A stretch of 64,000 bases of DNA, taken from NCBI GenBank assembly GCA_965368975.1, contig CBDUPA010000003.1:385387-449386 (forward strand). Reading direction: 5' to 3'. The notes below the pieces were generated by a model, which did not search any database, was not told the DNA's origin, and was given only the letters and a program-made list of their open reading frames with translations. Positions 19,007-29,288 of the stretch are shown here, one piece after another. Origin of the DNA: an uncultured bacterium. GTDB lineage: Bacteria; Acidobacteriota; Thermoanaerobaculia; Multivoradales; JAHZIX01. Positions within the stretch are counted from its first letter, which is position 1. Each line of letters opens with the position of its first letter. Made by a program: the position numbers and the translations under genes.

Positions 19007-22000
19007 TGCGTCCCCCAAGGAGCCGCGCAATGTTTACAGATTCGATTCGCCCCAGCTCTCTTGCCCAGACCGCTTCGAGCCTCGAAGCGCCGCGGCGTAG
19101 CTACAAATTCGCCGTCGTTCTTGCTCTGGTCGTTCTGTGCAACGCCTTGCTTCCCAGTCTGTTCACGCAGGCGCCCAACACGGCCCTGGCCGACGACACC
19201 GACCTGCTGCGCTTCAGCACCGCCAAGCCGTATGTCTTCGTGCTGCTGGACACTTCCAGTTCGATGAACCTGACGCCCGGCAATGACTGGGTGCACGGCA
19301 ACGCCGACGATCCGCGCTCCAAGCTCTTCCAGGCGAAGTGGGCGCTCTACCAGGTGTTCAAGGACGTCGACGACGTGCACATGGGGTTCGCCTCGTTCCC
19401 CAACCAGGACACGATGCGCATCCAGGCCAAGCACTGGCTGTATTTCGCGACCAGCGACCTGCCGAACGCCTGGCCGATCGGCTATCCCCTGGCCGAAACC
19501 GATGGCGCGATCATCGGTACCGGTGCCGACGGTGAGATCGAGCTGGAACTGGACGCCGGTGACCTGATGACCTTCGGGTACCACTTCCCTGCCTACGAGA
19601 GTTCCGGCGTCGCGACCGCGGGCACCTGCTCGGTGCCGCTCGACGTCAACCGCGACCGCGAGAAGATCAACCGTTTCGCCAAACTCGACGACAGCGGCGT
19701 GGGCGAGACGCGGATCTGGATCGAACAGCAGAACAAGACCTATCTGATGCGCGTCACGAGTCCGAGCACCATTCCCGAGGATGCCAACAACGATGGTGTC
19801 GACGACACCAACTCGACCGGTCTCGGAGACCCCGAGATGTGGGTGCAACTCGATCTATTCAGGTTCCAGAACTGCAACGGCCTGGGTAGCTTGTCGACGA
19901 TCTTGGCGGGAGCGCCTGACGCCTCTGAGCGAGTCAAGCTGGCACGCGGCTTCGACTTCCTGCTCTACGACAAGGATCTTGGTGCCAGCGGTGGCAAGAA
20001 ACTCGATACCGAGAACGAGGCTGGCTGGTGGGATTACCAGGACGTCATCGGCGACGCCACTTGTTCCTCACAGGCACCGTTCTCCGGCAAGGGCTGGGAG
20101 GGCAACTACGACAACGATCCGCCCAACACCGGCGACAACACCTTCGACAAGGAAACAAGCGACGTCGACGAATTCTGCAACGGTCCGGGTGGCAACTCCG
20201 ACTGCTATACGCTCAAGCGCCCAACCGCACTCAGTTCGTACGGTCGTGCCATGGATACCGGTGACGTGCTACCGCTGCACTGGTCAGTTCCCAACAAGGA
20301 TGAGTTCCTGAGTCGCTTGGTGCCCAACCACCCGACGCCCGGCGTCTTCGGTTACAGCACGTCGCCGTACTTCGAGAACGTGCCGTCCGACCTGGGGTAC
20401 AACCACCTTCAGTACAACTCCTCCCGCGACCGTCCCCTGGTGGCCTTCGGCGAGAGCCCATTGGCCAAGGCGATCAACGACTTCCGCTGCTGGTACCTCT
20501 CGTCCAAGACGCCGGGCGGCAAGTGTAACAACCGCACGTACACGACCGGCTGGGAAGAAATCGCGCTGGCCAACGACTCCGACTGGGGTTGCCGCCGGCC
20601 CTTCCTGATCATCATCACCGACGGGGAAAACTCCTGCACCGGTGGTGAGAGTCCGACCGCCGACGTCGCCAACCTGAACTCCAAGGCCGGTATCCAGACC
20701 TGGGTGGTCAACTTCGGCGGCGGCAATGGCGGCCAGCTGAACTCGATCGTGCAGAGCGGCAAGGGCGAACTGGTCAACGCCGCCACGCGTGACGAACTGC
20801 GCGACGCGCTCAACACCATCCTGGGTGAGATCCGCGAAGAAGTGCGTACCTTCGCCTCCGCCGCCGTGCCAACCGTACAAGCCACGGCCGAGGACAAGAT
20901 CTATCTGACCAACTTCACGCCGCTCAACAGCAAGTCAGTGTGGGACGGCCACATCAACGCCTTCCTCAAGCCGCTACCCGTGACCGTCGACGGCCGCCCG
21001 GACATCACCAGCGACCGCTTCCTGTGGGACGCCGGTGCCGAGATGCTGGCGCAGAGCGAGGGTCTCGGTCTGGCGGCGGATCAGCGGCGCGTCTTCTTCT
21101 CGCAACAGGGAGAAGCGGGGACGTGGGGCACCTTGCGGCGGCCCTTCGCCAACACGACCGATGCCGCCGCCAACCAGGAACTGTGGGATCTGCTCGGCTT
21201 CGGCGGCATGGCTGCGGCCGATGCCCAGATCGAGACGCAAAAGGTGCTGAACTTCATCTACAGCACCAAGATGCACACGCTGACCAACGCCGATGGCACG
21301 ACGACGGACATCGAATACGTGCTCGGTGACGTCTTCCACTCCAACCCGACCGTGATCGGCAACCCGGCCAACACGGTCTTCTTCGCCAACGACCACGAGG
21401 ACTACCGTGATTTCGCTACGACCCACTCGACGCGGCGCAAGCTGCTGGCTGTGGGCGCCAACGATGGCATGCTGCACGTTTTCGACGCCGGTATCATCCG
21501 TGAACAGCCGGACGGGGAACTGCTCTATGACGACGGCACGGGCCGCGAACTTTTCGCCTACGTGCCGCGTTCGATGGTGCCGACGATCGGCTCGCTAGCC
21601 TCCGGCACCACCCACAAGTGGGGGGTCGACGGTAGCGTGCGCGCCGCGGATGTCCACATCGACCCGGTGTTTTCGACCACTCCCGATCCGGATGAGCGCG
21701 AGTGGCGCACCGTGCTGATCGGGGGCATGCGCGAAGGCGGCCGCGCCTACTACGCGCTCGACATCACGCAGCCGGACAAGTTCGATGGCAGCATCCCCGA
21801 GCCGCTCACTGCGAACTACAAGGGCAGCCCGGCGGCGGAAGACCAGGTCGACGACTACGTCCCTTCCTGTCTCGGCACTGCTTCCGCCACGGTAGTCGAG
21901 GCCGATTGCGGCCCCATCGCGTTCGGCGCCGCGCTGTGGGAATTCGAAGACAAGATCGAGGACATCACGGGTGATCTGATCGAGCTCGACGAAGACCGCG

Positions 22001-23199
22001 ACGGCAACCACGACCTGGGTGAGAGCTGGTCGACGCCGAACCTGGGCCGCATCCTGGTCTGCACGGACAGCAGTGGCTGCGATCCGTCCGACAGCCCGAC
22101 CAAGGTCGAAGAGCGCTACGTCATGGTCATCGGTGGCGGCCTCGATCCGCTGAAGAACAACGCCACGGGTGACTTCATCTACATGATCGACATCGAGACC
22201 GGTGAGATTTTGTACAAGCGCAAGGTGCAGGGCTCGATCCCAGCCGAGGTGGCCGCGGTCGATACCGACCAGGACGGCTTCCTCGACCGCATCTACGCCG
22301 CCACCACCCTGGGCAACCTCTACCGCATCGACCTGACCGCGGACTCGAGTGGCGACTACCCGGAAGTCAAGAACACCACGGTCTACGACATCAATGGCGA
22401 TGCCTACACGGTACCGCGCATCGACACCAACGAGTGGGTGCCGCGCGAGATCTTCGACGCCGGTGGTCGTACCATCTACTTCCGTCCGTCGGTGATCTTC
22501 ATCGCGCGTCTCGGCCTCTATGCCATCGCGATCGGTACGGGCGACCGCGAGGATCTGTGGCAGCCGACCAGCCAAACCGGCCGCTTCTATGTCTTCGTCG
22601 ACGATAGCGACGAGTACACCGGCACGTTGCCATACACCGAGTCCAACTTCAACATGGTGGACCTCAACGTCGCCTCGGTGACCGACGAGTACTTGTTCGA
22701 GACCACCATCGGTGGCCGTGGTTGGTACATCCCGCTCAATACCGACGAGCGTGTCATTACCCCGGCCTTCGCCCTCTCCGGCGTCACGATCTTCTCGACT
22801 TTCGAGCCAGAGGTGCAGGTCAGCGGCGTCAAGAATCCGGAGTGCTCCAAGGTGGGGGAGAGCCGCGTCTTCGTGGTCGACACGATCAGCGGCAACAGCC
22901 TGCTCTACGATGTCTCCGGCAACCAGGTGCGCTACAACGTGATCGACAACTTCGTCACCGAGCCGTTCGCGGAACTCGGCCAGACCAAGAACCCGGTCAC
23001 CGGTGCCTCGGGCAGTACCGCGGATGACCTGACGCCGCAGCTGGAGCAGGTTCTCGAGCAGCTCAAGCAGCTGTTCCCCAGCAACTGCCGATTCTCCAAC
23101 TTCCGCATCGACATCAAGACCGTGGCTGCCGACACCACGATGAACTTCATCGCGCCGGTCCCGGTGTGCATCGTCGAGCGCAATTGGAAGGAGCAATGA
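19006..23199 (+). CDS. pilY1: PilY1/PilC pilus tip adhesin (vWA plus beta-propeller)
   Basis: MIDAS-like LDTSSSM and IITDGE; WDGHI, LGDVFHSNP, VGANDGMLHVF, ELFAYVP, YYALDIT, Ca-loop DTDQDGFLDRIY, GWYIPL. Confidence 0.9.
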   Translation: MRPPRSRAMFTDSIRPSSLAQTASSLEAPRRSYKFAVVLALVVLCNALLPSLFTQAPNTALADDTDLLRFSTAKPYVFVLLDTSSSMNLTPGNDWVHGNADDPRSKLFQAKWALYQVFKDVDDVHMGFASFPNQDTMRIQAKHWLYFATSDLPNAWPIGYPLAETDGAIIGTGADGEIELELDAGDLMTFGYHFPAYESSGVATAGTCSVPLDVNRDREKINRFAKLDDSGVGETRIWIEQQNKTYLMRVTSPSTIPEDANNDGVDDTNSTGLGDPEMWVQLDLFRFQNCNGLGSLSTILAGAPDASERVKLARGFDFLLYDKDLGASGGKKLDTENEAGWWDYQDVIGDATCSSQAPFSGKGWEGNYDNDPPNTGDNTFDKETSDVDEFCNGPGGNSDCYTLKRPTALSSYGRAMDTGDVLPLHWSVPNKDEFLSRLVPNHPTPGVFGYSTSPYFENVPSDLGYNHLQYNSSRDRPLVAFGESPLAKAINDFRCWYLSSKTPGGKCNNRTYTTGWEEIALANDSDWGCRRPFLIIITDGENSCTGGESPTADVANLNSKAGIQTWVVNFGGGNGGQLNSIVQSGKGELVNAATRDELRDALNTILGEIREEVRTFASAAVPTVQATAEDKIYLTNFTPLNSKSVWDGHINAFLKPLPVTVDGRPDITSDRFLWDAGAEMLAQSEGLGLAADQRRVFFSQQGEAGTWGTLRRPFANTTDAAANQELWDLLGFGGMAAADAQIETQKVLNFIYSTKMHTLTNADGTTTDIEYVLGDVFHSNPTVIGNPANTVFFANDHEDYRDFATTHSTRRKLLAVGANDGMLHVFDAGIIREQPDGELLYDDGTGRELFAYVPRSMVPTIGSLASGTTHKWGVDGSVRAADVHIDPVFSTTPDPDEREWRTVLIGGMREGGRAYYALDITQPDKFDGSIPEPLTANYKGSPAAEDQVDDYVPSCLGTASATVVEADCGPIAFGAALWEFEDKIEDITGDLIELDEDRDGNHDLGESWSTPNLGRILVCTDSSGCDPSDSPTKVEERYVMVIGGGLDPLKNNATGDFIYMIDIETGEILYKRKVQGSIPAEVAAVDTDQDGFLDRIYAATTLGNLYRIDLTADSSGDYPEVKNTTVYDINGDAYTVPRIDTNEWVPREIFDAGGRTIYFRPSVIFIARLGLYAIAIGTGDREDLWQPTSQTGRFYVFVDDSDEYTGTLPYTESNFNMVDLNVASVTDEYLFETTIGGRGWYIPLNTDERVITPAFALSGVTIFSTFEPEVQVSGVKNPECSKVGESRVFVVDTISGNSLLYDVSGNQVRYNVIDNFVTEPFAELGQTKNPVTGASGSTADDLTPQLEQVLEQLKQLFPSNCRFSNFRIDIKTVAADTTMNFIAPVPVCIVERNWKEQ

Positions 23200-23981
23200 T
23201 GCAGCAACTCTGCAAGCTGACCAAGGTCGCGACCCTCGCGGTACCTCTGGCGGTTATCCCCCTGGCGTGCATGCTCCTGGCGGCAGCACCGCCGGCAGCT
23301 GCCGACTGGCTGGTCACCACCAGCGGGGCGAAGATCGAGACCCAAGGTCCGTGGGAGGTCAAGGGACGCCTGGTCGTCTTCCGTCAGGCTGATGGGACGC
23401 TGGCCTCCCTGCGCGCCACCAAGGTCGACCTGGACGCTAGCGCGCGCCTGACCGAAGAGCGCTCGCGACCCATCGTCGAGCCGCCTCCGGCTCCGGTGCC
23501 GGAGTACGAAGGCCCGCGACTGGTGCTGACCGACGACGACGTGGCCCGCTACGTCCCGCCACCGGCCGAGCAGGAAGCCGACGAGACTGCAGGGGAGGGG
23601 AGCGAGGGTGCCGCCGCAGATGCCCCCGCTGCAGGCGGTCTGGCCGTGAGCGGCTGGCAACTCGACGATGGGTATGACGGATCCGGGCTGCGCATCATCG
23701 GCACGCTGACCAATGGCACGCGCGAAGTCGCGGCGTCACTCTCCCTGGCCGTCGTGGCCTACGACTCGGACGGTACCGAGATGGGGACGAGCGAAGCGGT
23801 CCTCAGCGCCACCACGCTGCCACCCGGCGAACGCACCCGATTTCGCGCGGAGTTTTCCAACCTCGCCAACTTCACCTCGATCCGCTTCCGTCCTTTCGCA
23901 GCCCAGAGCTTCGCCACGGCGAGTACGGCGGCCAGCGGAGACGGGAGTGAGACGAATTCAGAAGAGGCCGTCCCTGAATAG
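23196..23981 (+). CDS. Secreted FxLYD-domain protein
   Basis: Signal peptide; C-terminal IIGTLTN...VAYDSDG...LPPGERTRF; overlaps the pilY1 stop. Confidence 0.65.
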   Translation: MMQQLCKLTKVATLAVPLAVIPLACMLLAAAPPAAADWLVTTSGAKIETQGPWEVKGRLVVFRQADGTLASLRATKVDLDASARLTEERSRPIVEPPPAPVPEYEGPRLVLTDDDVARYVPPPAEQEADETAGEGSEGAAADAPAAGGLAVSGWQLDDGYDGSGLRIIGTLTNGTREVAASLSLAVVAYDSDGTEMGTSEAVLSATTLPPGERTRFRAEFSNLANFTSIRFRPFAAQSFATASTAASGDGSETNSEEAVPE

Positions 23982-24014
23982 AGGCGGTCGGATATAGCAG
24001 GTTCCCTTGTTTTT

Positions 24015-24050
24015 GGCCCCGGGTGGATCTACCGCCCGGGGCCTTCCCTT
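24015..24050. terminator. Hairpin terminator between convergent pilin operon and smc
   Basis: GGCCCCGGGTGG-atcta-CCGCCCGGGGCC followed by TTCCCTT. Confidence 0.7.
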
Positions 24051-24081
24051 GCTGGCTTAGCAGTTGCCTTGGCAAGCCGGC

Positions 24082-27000
24082 TCAAGCCGTCGCTTCGAGT
24101 ATCACGGGCTCCGGCTGGACTTCGTCCATCTCGACGGACACCAGCTTCGACACGCCGCGTTCCTCCATGGTCACGCCGTAGAGCGTCGAGGCCGCTTCCA
24201 TGGTGATCTTGTTGTGGGTGATCACCAGGAACTGCGTGTCCTGACACATCTCCTGCAACAGCTCGACGAAGCGGACCGTGTTCGGATCATCGAGCGGCGC
24301 GTCGACCTCATCGAGAATGCAGAACGGCGAAGGCTTGGTTTGGAACAGCGCGAACAGCAGCGCGATCGCCGTCAGCGCTTTCTCTCCACCCGACAGCAGC
24401 ATGATGTTCTGTGGCCGCTTGCCCGGCGGCCGAGCGGTGATCTCGATGCCGCTCTCGAGCACGTCCTCCTCGTCGAGCAGCGTCATGTCCGCCTCACCGC
24501 CGCGGAAGAGACGCCTGAAGGTCTCGGCGAAGCACTTGTTGACCTCGACGAAAGTCTCACGGAAGCGCTTGCTGCTCTCTGCGTTGATCTCGCGGATCGT
24601 CTCCTTGAGCCGGGCCACCGAGTCCGCGACATCCTTGCGTTGCGTGGTCAGGAAGCCGTGACGCTCCTCCTGCTCCTCGAATTCCTCGACCGCCAGTACG
24701 TTCACCGGCCCCAGCCGTTCCAGCGTCGCCTTGCTGCGCGACAGCTCCGCCTCCAGCTGCGCTAGCTCCTCGGAGGTCGGTACCTCGGGAGCAGGCACCT
24801 CGGAACGCGACATCTCGGCCGGTTCCGTGCTGCCCTTGCCCAGCGGGTTCTCGGGCAGTGCTTCCTCGAACTCGTCCTGGTAGGTGACCGCCAAGTGCTC
24901 GAGATCTTGGTTCAGCGATGCCTGCGTCACGCGCAGCTTCTCCAGGCCATCGCGCAGCTGCTCGCGCTGATGGCGACACGCCTGGATGCGCTCTTCGAGC
25001 GTCGAGAGATCGGTCCGCAGGTCGTCGACCTTTTCCTGCTCGAGGATCACCTGCTCGTCGACCTGCTCGCGCGACTCGAGCGCCTGCTGGAGCTCTTGCT
25101 CGGCTTCCTGGCGCCGGCGCTCGAGGTCCACACGGCGGTGGTCGAGCTTACCGCTCTCCTGCTGCCATAGCTGGTACTGGCGCTCGGCGTCCTCGATCGC
25201 GGTTTCGAGCCGCCGGATCTCCGCGTCTACAGAGTCGAGTCGCTCTTGCAGTACCTCCAAGCGTCCGCGCCGGCCGGCGCTGGCCGTGCGCAGCAGCTCG
25301 CGCTGCTCCTTGGCCGATTCCAGCTCCTGCTGCGCTCGATCGACCGCTGCTTCCAGCTGGCCGTGCCGCTCCTGCATCTGGCGCAGTTCCGCCTCGGTTC
25401 CGGCGCGCCGTGTGGATAGTGTTTCCAGCTCGCTCGTCAGCTTGTCGGCGTCAGCCTGGATCACGCCGCGTTGCTTCTGCAGTCGCTCGTGGCGCCCTTC
25501 CTGGTCCTGGCGCCGGGCCTGCTGCACCGCCTGGTCTTGGCGCAGCTTTGCCAGCTCCTGCTCCAGCGCGTTCTTGCGCTTGGCATGCTGCGCGCGTTCG
25601 TCGACCAAGCGCTGCAGTTCGGACTCGGTCGTCGCCAGGTCGTCCGCCAGCTTCGGCAACTCGTCCTCGATCTGCTGCAACTCACGCTCGCGCTGCAGCA
25701 CACCTGGCATTTCGGAATCACCCTCGATCCGCAGCAGCCCCCCCTGGGCCCAGATACCCTCGCGGCTCAAGAAGCAGATGCCCGGATGCGCGCGAGCCAG
25801 CCGCTCGGCGTCTGCCGGCTGCTCGACCAAGAAGGCGGGAGGCAGGGCCTGGGCCAGTTCGGGCGGCAGTTCCAAGGCCTGGGCGAGCGACAGCAGTACC
25901 GCAGGGTCAGCCTGCAGCTCGGGTCCACCCAGAGACTCCCAGGTCTCCGCGTCGACGGTCAGAGGCCGCAGGAGCGTTGCTTCGGCCTCGCCGGAGAGGA
26001 AGCGCGCCAGCGTCATGACCGCCTCGTCGGTGTCCAGTAGGACCGCCGACGTCAGCTCGCCAAGATAGAAGTCGAGCGCCCGCTCCCAGCCTTCCACCGC
26101 CTGCACCCGGTCCTCCAGGTAGACCGGTTCGTCAATACCGGCACCGGCCAGTGCGCGTTCCAGCTTCGAGCGCCGTTCGGCGTGCGCCTGGCTCAGCTGT
26201 TCGAGCACCTTGCGCCGCTGCCGCCGCTCGGTGATCGCGTCCTGCAAGTCGCGCTGCTTCTCGGTGGTCGCAGCCTCGCGGTCGAGGGTATCTTCGAGCG
26301 AGTAGCCCACCTGCTCCAGCTGCGACGCCGCTTGCTCGATGCCGCGTTCCAGGTCGCTGAGCTGATCCTGGGCCAGCGCTAGTGCCTCGACGGCTTGCGC
26401 AAGCTGACCGTCGAGCTGTTCGAGCTCGTCGTCCAGATGCTGGCGACGGTAGTTACCACGCTCTTGCTCAAGCTGGCCCTGGTGCAGCTTCTTCTGCAGC
26501 GCTGTCACTTCGGCCGCCGCTTTCAAGAGCTCGCCGCGCACGTTGCGTGCCCGCACTTCGCCCTGGTTGAGATCGCGCTCCGCGCCAGCAATCTGCGACT
26601 CGTCTTCCTCGACTGCCGCGGCCGCCTGGTCGCGCTCGCGCAGCAACTCCTGGCGTCGCTCTTGCTGCTCGTCGAGATGCCGGCGGTGGTCTTCTTGGTC
26701 CTTCTGCCGCCGCTCCGCCAGCGCCCGACCACCGGCCGCCCGTTCGGCGATTTCCTGCAGCGTCTGACGCGAACTCTTCAAGAACTCCTGGCGTCCCTGG
26801 ATCATCGCCGCCAGATCCGAGCGCTGCTGATGGCAATTAGCGAGTTGGCGCGACTGCTTGTCCAGCGCCTCGCGACCCGCCGCCAGCGACGCCTCGTCTC
26901 GGTGCAGCGCCGCCGCCAGCTCGGCGTCGTTGCCCGTCGCCTCCGCCAACTGCGCGTGCAGCGCTTCGAGCCGTTGGTGCAAGCGCGCCCAGCGTCCGGA

Positions 27001-27696
27001 GAGAACCTGGCGCAGCAACAGCCGGTACTGTCCCTGCTGCTCCTTGAAGCGCCGTGCCGCGCCTGCCTGTCGCTTGAGCGAGCGCAGCGAGCGCTCGATC
27101 TCCGAGATGACGTCGTCGAGGCGCAGCAAGTTCGCCGTCGCCTCCTCGAGCTTGACCTCCGCCACCCGCTTGCGCGCCTTGTAGCGCGTGATCCCGGCCG
27201 CCTCCTCCAGCAACTTGCGCCGCTCTTGTGGCTTGCCGGAGAGAATCATGCCGATCTTGCCTTGCTCGATGACGGAGTAGGCGCGGATACCCAGGCCGGT
27301 GTCCATCAGCAGTTCCTTGATCTGCTTCAGGCGCACCGTCTTGCCGTTCAACTTGTACTGGCTCTCGCCGGTGCGGAACACGCGCCGCCCGAGAGTGATA
27401 CTTCCGTCCTCCGACGCCCGCTCGAAGCTCGGATCCGTCTTCAGCGTCAGCGTCACTTCCGCCATGCCCAGCGGCCGGCGTTGGTCCGAGCCATTGAAGA
27501 TGATGTCCTCCATCTTGCCGCCACGCAGCGACTTGGCGCTCTGCTCACCGAGCACCCAGGACATACCGTCCGACAGGTTGCTCTTGCCGCAGCCGTTCGG
27601 TCCGACGATGGCCGTAATGCCACCGGCAAACTTGACGTGCACCGGGTCGACGAAAGACTTGAATCCGGAGAGGTCGAGGCGATCGAGTTTCAGCAT
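24082..27696 (-). CDS. smc: Chromosome segregation protein SMC
   Basis: GFKSF, VGPNGCGKSN, QG, long coiled coils with a hinge, LSGGEK, ILDEVDAPLD, VITH. Confidence 0.97.
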   Translation of the reverse strand: MLKLDRLDLSGFKSFVDPVHVKFAGGITAIVGPNGCGKSNLSDGMSWVLGEQSAKSLRGGKMEDIIFNGSDQRRPLGMAEVTLTLKTDPSFERASEDGSITLGRRVFRTGESQYKLNGKTVRLKQIKELLMDTGLGIRAYSVIEQGKIGMILSGKPQERRKLLEEAAGITRYKARKRVAEVKLEEATANLLRLDDVISEIERSLRSLKRQAGAARRFKEQQGQYRLLLRQVLSGRWARLHQRLEALHAQLAEATGNDAELAAALHRDEASLAAGREALDKQSRQLANCHQQRSDLAAMIQGRQEFLKSSRQTLQEIAERAAGGRALAERRQKDQEDHRRHLDEQQERRQELLRERDQAAAAVEEDESQIAGAERDLNQGEVRARNVRGELLKAAAEVTALQKKLHQGQLEQERGNYRRQHLDDELEQLDGQLAQAVEALALAQDQLSDLERGIEQAASQLEQVGYSLEDTLDREAATTEKQRDLQDAITERRQRRKVLEQLSQAHAERRSKLERALAGAGIDEPVYLEDRVQAVEGWERALDFYLGELTSAVLLDTDEAVMTLARFLSGEAEATLLRPLTVDAETWESLGGPELQADPAVLLSLAQALELPPELAQALPPAFLVEQPADAERLARAHPGICFLSREGIWAQGGLLRIEGDSEMPGVLQRERELQQIEDELPKLADDLATTESELQRLVDERAQHAKRKNALEQELAKLRQDQAVQQARRQDQEGRHERLQKQRGVIQADADKLTSELETLSTRRAGTEAELRQMQERHGQLEAAVDRAQQELESAKEQRELLRTASAGRRGRLEVLQERLDSVDAEIRRLETAIEDAERQYQLWQQESGKLDHRRVDLERRRQEAEQELQQALESREQVDEQVILEQEKVDDLRTDLSTLEERIQACRHQREQLRDGLEKLRVTQASLNQDLEHLAVTYQDEFEEALPENPLGKGSTEPAEMSRSEVPAPEVPTSEELAQLEAELSRSKATLERLGPVNVLAVEEFEEQEERHGFLTTQRKDVADSVARLKETIREINAESSKRFRETFVEVNKCFAETFRRLFRGGEADMTLLDEEDVLESGIEITARPPGKRPQNIMLLSGGEKALTAIALLFALFQTKPSPFCILDEVDAPLDDPNTVRFVELLQEMCQDTQFLVITHNKITMEAASTLYGVTMEERGVSKLVSVEMDEVQPEPVILEATA

Positions 27697-27850
27697 CCGG
27701 CTATCAGATTCCTGCTGTCCGTTCAGGGCCGTGCAGGGTCGAAATGCAGGCCAATAAGAGTCCGTGTGACGACGACATGACGAAGCGGCGCAAAGGATAG
27801 CAAAGCTTCGATGGGGCCACAAGAGATTGTGGTGAGTGTGCAGAGAGGCG

Positions 27851-28510
27851 CTAGATGTGGGGTGTGTCCCCCCGAAGTCGCCGCAGATAGAAGAACGCCC
27901 ACAGCACCAGCGGCCAGGCCAGCTTCACCGGTAGATCCAGCACGTGCTTTCCCAGTCCGAAGAGATTCTGCGCGAACGCGGAATAGTTCTCTACGCTCCA
28001 TGCACCGAGCTGCGTCGCGTAGACGAACTGCACCCAGAAGAAGAACAGCAGAACGTGGAAGAACACGCTTACCAGCAAGGCGTAGCCAAGATTGGTCCCG
28101 CGCTGGCTCAGCGGTACTCCCGGCACCGCCAGGAACATGGCGATCATCAGGATCAGGTGATAGTGCAGGTCCGTCGTGCGGATGGTGTAGAGAATCCCGC
28201 GGCTGGGCGGGAAGTCCCGCCGCGACACCGCCGCCGTGTGCTTCGGATCGTTGGGATGTGGATTGAGGTCCGTGACGTTCGGGCTCTCGACCACGTGCAG
28301 CAGATTGTTCGTCGCCGTGGTCAGGAAATGGTTGTAGAAGCCGGTAATCAAGAGCCAGGCTACCACCGCCGGCAACAGCCACAGCAGCACATTGCGTACA
28401 AAGCGCCGTGCGTCAAAGCCGAGCGGCGACTCTGCTTGCACTGGTTGAGCCCGCGCCGTGTGAACCTTGGTGCCCTTCTTCGCCTTCGGCGCAGAGCCCT
28501 TCTTGCTCAT
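27851..28510 (-). CDS. Exosortase H-associated membrane protein (putative)
   Basis: Multi-TM ORF overlapping the exosortase stop. Confidence 0.65.
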   Translation of the reverse strand: MSKKGSAPKAKKGTKVHTARAQPVQAESPLGFDARRFVRNVLLWLLPAVVAWLLITGFYNHFLTTATNNLLHVVESPNVTDLNPHPNDPKHTAAVSRRDFPPSRGILYTIRTTDLHYHLILMIAMFLAVPGVPLSQRGTNLGYALLVSVFFHVLLFFFWVQFVYATQLGAWSVENYSAFAQNLFGLGKHVLDLPVKLAWPLVLWAFFYLRRLRGDTPHI

Positions 28511-29133
28511 GCCTGCGCGTCCTCGGAGCCGTCCGAGCCCGCGGGGGTGTTTTCTGCGGAGATGTCTCCTGCGGGAGTGTCTACCGTAGCGGTGCCTGCT
28601 GTGTCGGTCCGTGGTTTGGCAAAGCGATCCGCCCACACGATCCATAGCAGCACACCGAACGCCACCACCACGGTCTGCCAAACCACTGTGTGCGAGGCGT
28701 CGAAGAACGACGGGTAGTACGCCCCGGTCAAGAACAACGCCACCACCCGGACCAGATTCACCCCCTGAATCGCCGCCATGCCGAACACGAACCCAAGTGC
28801 CCGTGCCCGCCACGACGCCGGAAATGCCAGCACCGCCGCGCCGAAGATCAGCATCGTCTCGACCCCGTTGCAACCATTGCGGATGTTCACCGCGAAGGCG
28901 TCATTGCGCAGGATCGTCCCGTCCTTGGTGATCCCCTGGCCGATGAGGTTGAGCGCGATGCCGCTGGCGTGGGCGACCCAGCCGGTGAAGGGCTCGATGA
29001 CGTTGTCGTTGACCCAGGTCAGCGAGATCAGGGTGAAGCTACCGCCCAGGAGGACGAGGAAGATGGCGAGGAAGGTGAGCTCCTGGCGGTAGGTCTTCCA
29101 GAAGGGGGTCTTTTCGGTGGGTTTGTCGGCCAT
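28507..29133 (-). CDS. xrtH: Exosortase H (IPTLxxWG-CTERM-type) transpeptidase
   Basis: Short TM protein with the Cys-Arg-His triad: NGCNGVE, NLVRVVALF, SHTVVWQ. Confidence 0.8.
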   Translation of the reverse strand: MADKPTEKTPFWKTYRQELTFLAIFLVLLGGSFTLISLTWVNDNVIEPFTGWVAHASGIALNLIGQGITKDGTILRNDAFAVNIRNGCNGVETMLIFGAAVLAFPASWRARALGFVFGMAAIQGVNLVRVVALFLTGAYYPSFFDASHTVVWQTVVVAFGVLLWIVWADRFAKPRTDTAGTATVDTPAGDISAENTPAGSDGSEDAQA

Positions 29134-29288
29134 GGGCGAGATTGTACCTGACGCTCGCTCAAACACCTCGGAAGTTCCACCTCAGCCACACATGTCTGTA
29201 ACATCGTCTCCCTAGACTCAGCTTGGACGCCAGTCCCTCCGCCCGAGGGGAGGGCCTGATTTGCTATCGCATCGAAGGAGAGGAAATC

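Noticed and set aside
21595-23196. Long antisense ORFs (e.g. 533 aa opposite pilY1, 515 aa opposite LTD-PLD, 487 aa opposite lptC/A, 461 aa opposite smc)
   Set aside because: Shadow ORFs expected from high-GC codon bias; no recognisable motifs, and they fully overlap well-supported genes.
25690-26150. Divergent SMC hinge glycine motif as a sign of a Wadjet/MksB-type system
   Set aside because: Head motifs and length are canonical SMC, and no jetABD/mksEFG neighbours are present.
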